DNA from: a virus
IMG/VR virus record: IMGVR_UViG_3300029349_000001
Coordinates: 97,087-161,086 of that record
Length of the DNA: 64,000 nucleotides
Strand: one strand, 5' to 3'
Positions 49,150 through 57,566 of this stretch are shown in pieces. Numbering within the stretch: position 1 is the stretch's first letter; the number at the start of each line of letters is the position of its first letter. The notes beneath the pieces are model-generated. The model did not search any database. It saw only the letters and a list, made by a program, of their open reading frames with translations, and had not been told where the DNA came from. A program made the translations under genes and the position numbers.

Positions 49150-51807
49150 TTAAACTATTGTACTACCAATTGAAACTCTTAGTTGTTCGATACTCTGTTC
49201 ATCTAACTTAGAACCCCAAGTACTCCTTCGACCGTAATATCCGCGAGACATTATAGCGTTTAAAGGATTGTCATTGGTCAGTTCACGCAGATTGCCTGAC
49301 GTATCGACACTACAGACAATATACTTCAACATCGGCTGTTTGTCAAGAGTCTCTTTAATCTGCTTTCGCAAGTTATCGATACTGGATACCTTATCCTTTA
49401 GCGAATAATCATTCTCGATAACTTTTAGCATTTGCTTATTTTCTGGATACAGTCTTGCAACCCAATACGACAGTGTTTGGTACTGGAGATTAGCATTGCG
49501 GATATCCTTGCTGTTAATACCGTTGATCCCTATCTTATGTAGGATTTTAGTCATATGGGCAAAGTAGTCAACTGTCTTAAACTTCTTAATGTCAAATTGG
49601 CTACTATAAATCGTATGACCAAAGAACTCCATAATCATACAAGAGTCGGCCAGAGATACAATTGTTTCATTCTTGATATAATCAGCATAATTCAGACCAA
49701 ACAAATTCAAGATATTGAACAAAAACTGCTTATCTGTAGACACATGATTGTAGTATGTCTCACCACTCTCATTCTTAGAGTATTCAGACTTAGCATAAGT
49801 AATTAGACCATTATAAGTCGCCAAGTCCTTGAATTTTGTATCATAGAACTTTGTGAGTCGATCCTTGAAAAAGTCATTAAATGTTACAAGGTTATAGCCC
49901 TGCTTAATGAGTTGTTCAGCATAACTCTGCTTGATGGCAAAGATATTTGTATCTCCAAACAATTCTTTGGCGAGTTCCTTAGTGTCATCAGACTTAGCCA
50001 GACTGCTAATATCCTTGATTGATGGATAGCCAGCAGTAGCAGCGTATCTAATGATTGGAATATAGACGATATCTTCTTCATCAAGAATACCATCGCGTTC
50101 TTCTTGGTCGCTAATTTCCTTGAGATATGCAGCATCATTCATTAGGTTATCACTAACGATAGACTTTGCACTACTGATATTTCCATGAATCAGAAACAGA
50201 CTATCGCTACTAACAGAACCAACAGAATCTCTGTTACTGTTTTTACGATTAGTACTAGCGATCAGACTCTTATACTTGGAGACAAGTTCAATATTTGATT
50301 CTCCGCCAATATCTGCGATCAGTTTATCAAAACCGTCCGCAGAATCTTCTGGAGTATCACTATCAATCATAAGATACGCAAAACAATCGTGTTGATTGCA
50401 ATAGCGAGTTACGATCTTTTTAGCGGTTTCAGCACCCTTGATATCGCAACGGAAAAATACAATCTTGGCACTCTTGCGAGAGTTATTCCAATAGTATGAA
50501 CCCTTGCCGTTCAAAGTTTCGTGATGAATCTTGTCGGTAAGATATACCATTCTACGACTACGATAACCGGCAGTTCGATAGTTGAAAGCATACAACTGCT
50601 TACTCTTTTTAAAGGTATATTCCAAGTCCTTACCAGACTCTAGTTCATGTGCCTTACCATTAGAATCAGTCCATGATGCTCCTGCTGTCCAACCACCAGC
50701 AAGATCACTAAGATTATAGTATGTCTGATATGCGTCTACCAGACTAGTAGACTTAGCAATCTTTGTGGTCATATCTTCCTTCAATTGAAGGTAAATATCT
50801 TGAGTCTTTTCACGCAAGGCTTTAATGACTTGCTTAGTGTACTGGAGTCCTTCTCGACTAACATCCATTTCCAGTTCACCAATACCGAATTGTATTTCAA
50901 GATACAAGCCTGAATCAAGAATCTCTCTAACAAGACTCTTCCAATTATCAACGTCTGCCTTTCCAAAAGCACGATTCCATGCTTGGATATGATCGGGTTG
51001 ATCGGGCCTATCTTCGCCAATAATCTTACTAGTATCAACAGGATACGCAATATTACCCATAATAGCGATCACGCCGCTGCCGGGACTATTATGTTGACTA
51101 GGATACTTAGTATGTTCGTGCGTAACTCGACCGATCTTCCATCCCTTGCCATCGATCACAACATTATGATGAGAGTATGATCCGTCATTGATAGTAGGAC
51201 ACACACCACCTTCGATGATTGGCTTAAGTCTAAAGTAATGAAACACTCTCTTAGACTTAGATGTAAATTCATGAAAGTCATGCTGCTTTACGGCAAAACT
51301 AATCTCTAGACCATTCGGCTCATTGGTCTGTGTGATAGACACAAGATTAAGACTAGGAACACCGCTTTCATCCATAGCGGCAATATAAGACAACTTCTTA
51401 CCATTAAAGTAAGAGATGGTACTAAAACTCTTGGTGTAAGCAAAGGGACTCTTTGAGCCTAGACCCAAACAGCCGACGAAATCATTACTGTCATTTTTAT
51501 TGCTAGCACCGTATGTGGTATAAAGTTCCTCCATATCTGCCTGACTAAGACCCGTGCCGTAGTCCCTAACCATAAAAGTAGGGCTTGCCTGAGTAGGTAG
51601 AGAAACCTTAAAAGGATTCTTGTTATTGGCAGCAATATGAGCATCATATGCGTTTGTGCTAAGTTCACGAATAACTGCCATGACCTTATCGGAATAGAGA
51701 GAATCCGACAAGATTTTAAACATTTTGCTGGTCTGTGCGATACTAAACTGATTAGCCGACTGAATACCAACGGAATGAATCTCAACTGTGCGATCTGCCA
51801 ACTTCAT
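49150..51807 (-). CDS. rIIA: rIIA-like protein (GHKL ATPase N-terminus)
   Basis: FKILSDSLYSDK..RELSTNAYDAH, DYGTG, GLGSKSPFAY; start at MKLADRT with GGAG RBS. Confidence 0.9.
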   Translation of the reverse strand: MKLADRTVEIHSVGIQSANQFSIAQTSKMFKILSDSLYSDKVMAVIRELSTNAYDAHIAANNKNPFKVSLPTQASPTFMVRDYGTGLSQADMEELYTTYGASNKNDSNDFVGCLGLGSKSPFAYTKSFSTISYFNGKKLSYIAAMDESGVPSLNLVSITQTNEPNGLEISFAVKQHDFHEFTSKSKRVFHYFRLKPIIEGGVCPTINDGSYSHHNVVIDGKGWKIGRVTHEHTKYPSQHNSPGSGVIAIMGNIAYPVDTSKIIGEDRPDQPDHIQAWNRAFGKADVDNWKSLVREILDSGLYLEIQFGIGELEMDVSREGLQYTKQVIKALREKTQDIYLQLKEDMTTKIAKSTSLVDAYQTYYNLSDLAGGWTAGASWTDSNGKAHELESGKDLEYTFKKSKQLYAFNYRTAGYRSRRMVYLTDKIHHETLNGKGSYYWNNSRKSAKIVFFRCDIKGAETAKKIVTRYCNQHDCFAYLMIDSDTPEDSADGFDKLIADIGGESNIELVSKYKSLIASTNRKNSNRDSVGSVSSDSLFLIHGNISSAKSIVSDNLMNDAAYLKEISDQEERDGILDEEDIVYIPIIRYAATAGYPSIKDISSLAKSDDTKELAKELFGDTNIFAIKQSYAEQLIKQGYNLVTFNDFFKDRLTKFYDTKFKDLATYNGLITYAKSEYSKNESGETYYNHVSTDKQFLFNILNLFGLNYADYIKNETIVSLADSCMIMEFFGHTIYSSQFDIKKFKTVDYFAHMTKILHKIGINGINSKDIRNANLQYQTLSYWVARLYPENKQMLKVIENDYSLKDKVSSIDNLRKQIKETLDKQPMLKYIVCSVDTSGNLRELTNDNPLNAIMSRGYYGRRSTWGSKLDEQSIEQLRVSIGSTIV

Positions 51808-51850
51808 CTGTAATTCTCCAAAAAAGTTCTGATTCCTGTGTGATGCTATG

Positions 51851-51879
51851 AGTATAACATCGGCAATCGGTCTTGTCAA
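51851..51879 (-). promoter_or_regulatory. Sigma70-type promoter for rIIA/rIIB
   Basis: TTGACA-N17-TATACT. Confidence 0.8.
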
Positions 51880-52121
51880 CCTTGAGTTTCTTTTTTGTTC
51901 GCTCTAAGGATACTAATGTAGCCAAAATATATTGGAATTAGACCCAAATACCATATTGGTATTGCGAGGGAACAGAATAATATTCCATTAAGAATAGATA
52001 TAATACTTAATATATAAGTGATAAAAGTAGGAAGATTTAATTTAGCAGATAGGTAGGCCAATGGCCCGATAAAAATAGTAACCAAAACCATTAAAGAAAC
52101 TATCAATGCTAAACTAGCCAC
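51876..52121 (-). CDS. Small multi-TM membrane protein
   Basis: Hydrophobic throughout. Confidence 0.65.
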   Translation of the reverse strand: MASLALIVSLMVLVTIFIGPLAYLSAKLNLPTFITYILSIISILNGILFCSLAIPIWYLGLIPIYFGYISILRANKKETQG

Positions 52122-52438
52122 TAATTATCCTCATCGTCATCATCATATTCATTTTCCCATTCTGCTATTTCTGGCAACCAACCTTCATTAGATTGATATT
52201 TTTCATCGTCATCATCGTCAGATATTATATTTTCAGCATCCTCAATAAAAATAGATAAAGTATTTAGGATATCAAAAATATTATCAATCTTATTAGATAT
52301 TTGTTTAATATCTTTTTTGATTGTAAGTATTTCTTTCTCTAATCCGCTAATGTCTTTAGAAATTTTATCGTCTATTTTGTTAATTTCTTTATTATTTTTT
52401 AGTACTTCTTTTATTAGATCGTTAAAATCACGAGACAT
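52121..52438 (-). CDS. Coiled-coil protein with acidic tail
   Basis: ORF. Confidence 0.6.
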   Translation of the reverse strand: MSRDFNDLIKEVLKNNKEINKIDDKISKDISGLEKEILTIKKDIKQISNKIDNIFDILNTLSIFIEDAENIISDDDDDEKYQSNEGWLPEIAEWENEYDDDDEDN

Positions 52439-52455
52439 TGTTTATCTTTCTTTTA

Positions 52456-52800
52456 TTAGAGTAATTTGTATTCTCTTATGTCGCCATTTTCTGCTATTTT
52501 CTTATTTTCATAGGTTGTTGCAACTCTACGATAAAACTCTTGCTTTATATTCTCTAATACACCAGTAATGACAGCAATCTTAGGATAAGAAACGTCCCCC
52601 ATAGTGCCAGATAATATGCGAGAAAAAGCATAATTAATATCTCCGCATATACTTAAAAATTCTTCGTTACTAATTTTTGTTTTATACGGATTAGCGTATG
52701 GGTTGTCAGGATTTGCAGGAATATTCTCACGCAAACACTGCATCATATGTTCTATACATATGTCTAAATTTGCTCTATTTGATTCTTTGATATAAGGCAT
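52456..52800 (-). CDS. Conserved phage hypothetical protein
   Basis: MPYIK..GDINY..GVLE..EFYRR..YENKK..NGD. Confidence 0.75.
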   Translation of the reverse strand: MPYIKESNRANLDICIEHMMQCLRENIPANPDNPYANPYKTKISNEEFLSICGDINYAFSRILSGTMGDVSYPKIAVITGVLENIKQEFYRRVATTYENKKIAENGDIREYKLL

Positions 52801-52803
52801 AAG

Positions 52804-53334
52804 TTATTCCTCGCTACATTTACATTGATATCTATTACAATAATTACATTTTGGGCCAGGAGCAGAAAACCCCCAAGCATTTGATATACCGCTAAAACTT
52901 TCTTTTCCAGTATCTATACACACAAGTTTGCGTGATCTACCCCTAGATACTAAACCTACATTATACCAATGACAATCCCAAAATTTTAAGCCTGTTTTGT
53001 CCTCAATATCTTCTACTAAATACTGAATATCTTTCATGGTTTTGTCATTATGATTGACTGGATATGCTCGCTCAGTGATATATCCCCAATCACTAGGTTC
53101 ATTAGGTTTCCATCCATCTTCTTCACAAAATTCTATTCGACACACATTAGTATAAATTTGTGGAGCAAGGTCATGCTTGGCTAGTTTATTTTGTAGCCTA
53201 CGAGATTCTGTGGCTTTACTTTTGCTTCGAAATTCTTTGAATACGAAGAGAGGATTTTCTTTAATAGGGTATACTTGACAATAACCCCCTTCATCAAACC
53301 ATCCACTATAATCAATCAGATATGTATTATCCAT
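52804..53334 (-). CDS. Minimal protein-kinase-like protein
   Basis: EGGYCQVY, VFK, YITE, DCHWYNVG, CIDTG. Confidence 0.7.
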   Translation of the reverse strand: MDNTYLIDYSGWFDEGGYCQVYPIKENPLFVFKEFRSKSKATESRRLQNKLAKHDLAPQIYTNVCRIEFCEEDGWKPNEPSDWGYITERAYPVNHNDKTMKDIQYLVEDIEDKTGLKFWDCHWYNVGLVSRGRSRKLVCIDTGKESFSGISNAWGFSAPGPKCNYCNRYQCKCSEE

Positions 53335-53339
53335 ATTAA

Positions 53340-53657
53340 TTAATATGAAATAACTTGTGGGACTTCCCCGGTTAAATAGTACAAAAATTGTTTAGCGTCA
53401 TCTATTGATGTAAATTCGCCCAAAAATATTGGAGTACTAATTACATCATCAAGATATCTAGTACCATATATGCGATAAAAGGGTTCGTCTATAGCACCCC
53501 AATCATCAGATAAAAATTGTTCAGTACTTGTTACTTTTTCAATAATAGTACCACCCTCATAGTCATTATATTCCCTCACAGTAATGAGTTCGAAATAATC
53601 TATGGGCGATTTAGGATTGTTGTTTTTTACGAGTCCGTTACACAATCTATTGCTCAT
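53340..53657 (-). CDS. Hypothetical protein
   Basis: ORF. Confidence 0.6.
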   Translation of the reverse strand: MSNRLCNGLVKNNNPKSPIDYFELITVREYNDYEGGTIIEKVTSTEQFLSDDWGAIDEPFYRIYGTRYLDDVISTPIFLGEFTSIDDAKQFLYYLTGEVPQVISY

Positions 53658-54012
53658 TATTAATCCTATATAAAGGCACTACACAGTTTTGATTGTCATA
53701 AGGATTATTGGTCAACCTTAAATCGTACAAATCACCTTTATCATTTGTTTTAGCAAACGCGGCGGGTTTGTCAAGAGATTTTTTAAGTTGTTCCAACTCT
53801 CTCATAGCACCCAAATACAGATCGGTTTGTTCTGTAGCCAACTTATTTGCTTCGTAAACTTCTTTGGCTAAGTCTCGTTTGGTTTGTCTAAGTTTAGCCA
53901 GTTCATCTGCTGCATTTAGTATAGTAAATTTAGTTAAAGTCCAATAGCCAGTAGCAACGGCTTTGTTACAAGACTCTATCAAGTGATCTAATGGTGCAGC
54001 ATTTTCCGTCAT
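53647..54012 (-). CDS. Hypothetical protein
   Basis: ORF. Confidence 0.6.
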   Translation of the reverse strand: MTENAAPLDHLIESCNKAVATGYWTLTKFTILNAADELAKLRQTKRDLAKEVYEANKLATEQTDLYLGAMRELEQLKKSLDKPAAFAKTNDKGDLYDLRLTNNPYDNQNCVVPLYRINNEQ

Positions 54013-54227
54013 GACGAAAAGCCTATCTTTATCTTTTCAGCAACAGTAACCTCAATTTCATCTGCCGTAAAATTCTGTGTGGCATATGAACGACCGTTCC
54101 ACCAACCACACTCATAGGTTACGTTATTACTACCACGAATATTAATACTCGCTATAGTACCATATACATCATCTGCCAACTTAACTTTGCTTCCAACCCT
54201 ATAAAGTTCTAGCGAATTTTTGCTCAT
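54009..54227 (-). CDS. Small SH3-like beta protein
   Basis: VGSKVKL..YECGWWNG. Confidence 0.55.
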   Translation of the reverse strand: MSKNSLELYRVGSKVKLADDVYGTIASINIRGSNNVTYECGWWNGRSYATQNFTADEIEVTVAEKIKIGFSS

Positions 54228-54241
54228 TATTTTTCCTTTAT

Positions 54242-54439
54242 CTATAGATCGTTTTCATCTGAACAATCATAACATCCAGTATCATATCCCTGTTCATGGC
54301 CCATAGCATATGCTGCGGTCAACCATTCAATTATATTATCGGTTTTTTCTTGTTCGACAGCAACCTTTATATCATCCAACATTCGGTCTATTCTAGGGCC
54401 GAAACCCTCATCTTGATTTAGCCATTCATCAAATGTCAT
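54242..54439 (-). CDS. Small hypothetical protein
   Basis: ORF after sigma70 promoter. Confidence 0.6.
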   Translation of the reverse strand: MTFDEWLNQDEGFGPRIDRMLDDIKVAVEQEKTDNIIEWLTAAYAMGHEQGYDTGCYDCSDENDL

Positions 54440-54473
54440 AATTTATATCCTTCAAACGCTTTGGTGTATAGGT

Positions 54474-54502
54474 ATTATACCGTTTACCCCTCTAGGAGTC
54501 AA
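54474..54502 (-). promoter_or_regulatory. Sigma70-type promoter
   Basis: TTGACT-N17-TATAAT. Confidence 0.8.
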
Positions 54503-54506
54503 GAAC

Positions 54507-54959
54507 ATGACAAAAAACTATACAATTCCTTACTTAAAAGTCATAGTAAAAAAATCTAAGTCGATCAGAGAAGTATTATTTAATCTCAATATGGCTACTG
54601 CTGGAGGCAATTACCAAACTATTAAAAAGAAAATTGCTGAATACAATATTGACACTTCTCATTTTTCTGGTCAAGCATGGAATAAAGGTAAAAAACTAGG
54701 CCCAAAAAGATCTATAGAAGATTATCTTTCTAATAAGAAACCTATACAAAGTTGGAAATTAAAAAGAAGATTATTACAAGATAAATTGTTTGAACCCAAA
54801 TGTTATGAGTGCGATAATGAATTTTGGTTAGATCAACCAATACCACTAGAGTTGCATCATATAGATGGAGATAATACTAATAATAACTTGTCAAATCTAA
54901 CTATACTTTGCCCAAATTGTCATGCCCTGACTGATAATTATCGCGGAAAAAATAAATAG
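54507..54959 (+). CDS. Free-standing HNH homing-type endonuclease
   Basis: CYEC..LELHHIDGDNTNNNLSNLTILCPNCH; antisense to surrounding genes. Confidence 0.9.
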   Translation: MTKNYTIPYLKVIVKKSKSIREVLFNLNMATAGGNYQTIKKKIAEYNIDTSHFSGQAWNKGKKLGPKRSIEDYLSNKKPIQSWKLKRRLLQDKLFEPKCYECDNEFWLDQPIPLELHHIDGDNTNNNLSNLTILCPNCHALTDNYRGKNK

Positions 54960-55225
54960 GAGCGGTGGGAGTCGAACCCACACTTGAAGGATTTTCTTAC
55001 TACTATAGTTTTCACTACCCTTTCGGTTTGTAGTCTGGACTTTATCTTAACCATAACTTTCGTCTTAGGTTCCTGCCGTCAAGTCTCTACACCTTCATAT
55101 TTCTATGCTTGGCTCGGTATTAGCAGTTAAGCCTCCACCGAATTTGACAGGTTCTACTTTAAAGATTTCTCTTTAAGCACTCAAATTGTATAAGTCCTTT
55201 GTCTCTGCCTTTGGACTACGCTCCC
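54957..55225 (-). tRNA. trnL: tRNA-Leu(UAA), intron-split
   Basis: Exons 55225-55192 and 54995-54957 splice to GGGAGCGTAGTCCAAAGGCAGAGACAAAGGA-CTTAAAA-TCCTTCAAGTGTGGGTTCGACTCCCACCGCTCCTA. Confidence 0.92.
54996..55191 (-). mobile_element. Group I intron (IC3-like, 196 nt, no ORF)
   Basis: Follows exon U and ends in G; IGS GAG; P3 CCUGUC/GGCAGG; P4 UUCGGU/ACCGAG; R GUAGAGACUUGA; S AAGAUAAAGUCC. Confidence 0.92.
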
Positions 55226-55315
55226 AAATAACACCGACCACAAGATCATAGTAAGAGGTTACTCTGTTGTGTGCCTCTGTTCAGATCGTTGTAGTCAGTG
55301 TATTATGGAATTTAA

Positions 55316-55597
55316 TCAGCCGTTAGTGTGAGCCTTGATTCGACGCACAATGTCGGCCATAGCCTCAACACTGTCAACCGTCTTGGTTGGCTTTGCACGT
55401 TCCATCGCAGGAAGTTCAACACCCTTAGCCTTAAGGGCTTCCTTAGTACGAGCATAACGAGCCATTGTACTAGCAACCTTCTGACCCGTCTTACTAGCAA
55501 TCTCAGCATAAGTCTTGCTAGAAAACACAGCCTCAAGGAACTGCTCATCAGAACAACGGATACGCTTCTGCTTCTCTGTAGAAATAACGTCTGCCAT
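55316..55597 (-). CDS. Small HTH-like DNA-binding protein
   Basis: TYAEIASKTGQKVAS; GGAGGTG RBS. Confidence 0.7.
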   Translation of the reverse strand: MADVISTEKQKRIRCSDEQFLEAVFSSKTYAEIASKTGQKVASTMARYARTKEALKAKGVELPAMERAKPTKTVDSVEAMADIVRRIKAHTNG

Positions 55598-55678
55598 AAT
55601 ATCACCTCCAAAAAACTAATCTTCGCTTATGTTGTTCAGCATCAGTCGCACGACCGATTACATCCGATCAACACCATC

Positions 55679-55707
55679 ATTCTAATACAGTGTATCGGCG
55701 TTGTCAA
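55679..55707 (-). promoter_or_regulatory. Sigma70-type promoter
   Basis: TTGACA-N17-TAGAAT. Confidence 0.8.
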
Positions 55708-55795
55708 TAGGCAGTCTTGAAAAAAAATATCTTCACGCAAACGAGCGTTGGGCCTTTTTTAAAGAAGAGTGAGTGGCATCCTCATTATTTAAAAA

Positions 55796-56182
55796 TCAAT
55801 CCCTAGCGAAGCATACGCACCAATACAGTCGATTGTGTCTATCATAGGACGCAGCACAACCTATCCTGTTGTAAGAAGCACTCATAATATTAGTTCTATG
55901 ACCGGGACTCAAAAGCCAACTTTTCATCACTGCTTTTTCTGTGGGTTGTCCCCAGGCTATATTTTCCGCAGCAGCTTTAAATCCTAGGTTTAAAATATTA
56001 CGCATCTTACTATGTACCATAGCACCATTAGCCGACATGGTTTCTACCCAATCATATGCGTAAAACATTAATTTTTCATCCATTATTAACGGATCAATTT
56101 TCCAGAGCCAAGATCCACTTTTTCTAGCATCATTATGCAAATCTACCAAGATCTTCATATTTGGTAAATATAAATTTTTCAT
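55796..56182 (-). CDS. CAP/SCP domain protein
   Basis: LHNDAR, AENIAWGQ, WLLSPGHRTNIM, YWCVCF. Confidence 0.9.
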   Translation of the reverse strand: MKNLYLPNMKILVDLHNDARKSGSWLWKIDPLIMDEKLMFYAYDWVETMSANGAMVHSKMRNILNLGFKAAAENIAWGQPTEKAVMKSWLLSPGHRTNIMSASYNRIGCAASYDRHNRLYWCVCFARD

Positions 56183-56185
56183 GGT

Positions 56186-57046
56186 TTAGTCCACAAAAAT
56201 GCCATCAAATTCTTCTAATAAAAATTCTCTTAATTCTAAGGTATCCTTGTGTTCTCTGAGATTGATGAGCAAAGATTCTTGTTTGTCAGAAGGGAAGAAT
56301 CCTTTTCCTTCAAAGAAAACTTTCTCAGATTTAATGAGATAGTATTTAATAATATTTTTAAACTGTTCGTTTTCTGACCAATAATCTGGACATTTATTTT
56401 TAACGGTTAATGCTAAGGCAGCACAGTAGATACTAAATTCTAACGCTCCAGATACGCTATCACTTTTTTCTTTTAACTTAATATCTCTTGTGGCATCATC
56501 AACAGCACACTCTGCCCCAGCAATATATGCAGACCATTCATCCATAGGATAAGTTGGAGTATCATCCCAATCTCCTAACTGTTTGACAAAATATAAATTG
56601 TATCGATAGCCTCTTACAACATCTGGAATAAAAGGTACTATATCTCTCATTTTTATAGGAGGATTTTCTACAAGTAATCCTTTACCAGCACCAGCATAAA
56701 ATCCATTTAGATTTTTTTTGTATTTAATCTTAAAGAAGTTTCTAATTTTTGAATTAATACCATGTACTGTTTCATGTACATTGGTGCTTCTACCATGTTC
56801 GTCACCAAAAGGAACCTCTTCAGAATATGACAATACTTCGTTATAAACAATATCTATAGGAGATAAATGTCTGTGCTTCTGAAGATCAAATAATTTTAAT
56901 CCTACAGAGATAACTCTGGGCTTCGTTGCATAGGAATAAGTCACATAATATTGTCTATGAAAAGTCATATGATAATCGTCCGCAAGTGCAACATTAAAAA
57001 AGAAACAGAATACAAACACAAACAAAGCGATCAGTCTTTTATCCAT
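56186..57046 (-). CDS. Secreted protein with HExxH motif (putative zincin)
   Basis: Signal peptide; VHETVHG; downstream DEWSAY. Confidence 0.6.
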   Translation of the reverse strand: MDKRLIALFVFVFCFFFNVALADDYHMTFHRQYYVTYSYATKPRVISVGLKLFDLQKHRHLSPIDIVYNEVLSYSEEVPFGDEHGRSTNVHETVHGINSKIRNFFKIKYKKNLNGFYAGAGKGLLVENPPIKMRDIVPFIPDVVRGYRYNLYFVKQLGDWDDTPTYPMDEWSAYIAGAECAVDDATRDIKLKEKSDSVSGALEFSIYCAALALTVKNKCPDYWSENEQFKNIIKYYLIKSEKVFFEGKGFFPSDKQESLLINLREHKDTLELREFLLEEFDGIFVD

Positions 57047-57510
57047 GATGCTTGTACATCCGTGGTATTAGTTTTTAGCCAACTATTATAATCATTAGCT
57101 TTATATCCTGTTTTTCTAGTAAGTTCTTGTTTGGTAGTATTCAAGATAATAGATGTTGGCAATCCTTTGATTTTATATTCATTAACCAAATCAGTATTCT
57201 TGTCAGTATCTACTATACATACGATATATTGTTTGGTATCTATACTAACTATGTCTTTTTTTAGAACCTTACAATAAGGACACCAATCAGCACCAAAAAT
57301 AACTAGCACTTTTCTCTGATATTCTTTTGCCAAATCCACCGCCTTATTCAAATCATCATATACTATATTAGTTTCAAGTTCTGGCCTAGGTTCTGGCTTA
57401 ACTACTGGAACTACACTAGGAACAGGAAGAGGAATAGATATATTAGATTGCTTATATACTACGAGAGAAAGTACCAATACAACAATGAGTAGTTTGATTT
57501 GCGTGTTCAT
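57031..57510 (-). CDS. Membrane-anchored thioredoxin-family protein
   Basis: FGADWCPYC, GLPT. Confidence 0.85.
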   Translation of the reverse strand: MNTQIKLLIVVLVLSLVVYKQSNISIPLPVPSVVPVVKPEPRPELETNIVYDDLNKAVDLAKEYQRKVLVIFGADWCPYCKVLKKDIVSIDTKQYIVCIVDTDKNTDLVNEYKIKGLPTSIILNTTKQELTRKTGYKANDYNSWLKTNTTDVQASWIKD

Positions 57511-57566
57511 GAGAATTTTTTAGTGGTTGTAATGTGTATATACTTATATTAACCGGAGAAATTACT

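Noticed and set aside
54957-55225. Short variable arm as evidence that the tRNA-Leu is a pseudogene
   Set aside because: All stems pair, and short-arm Leu(UAA) tRNAs occur in some bacteria and phages
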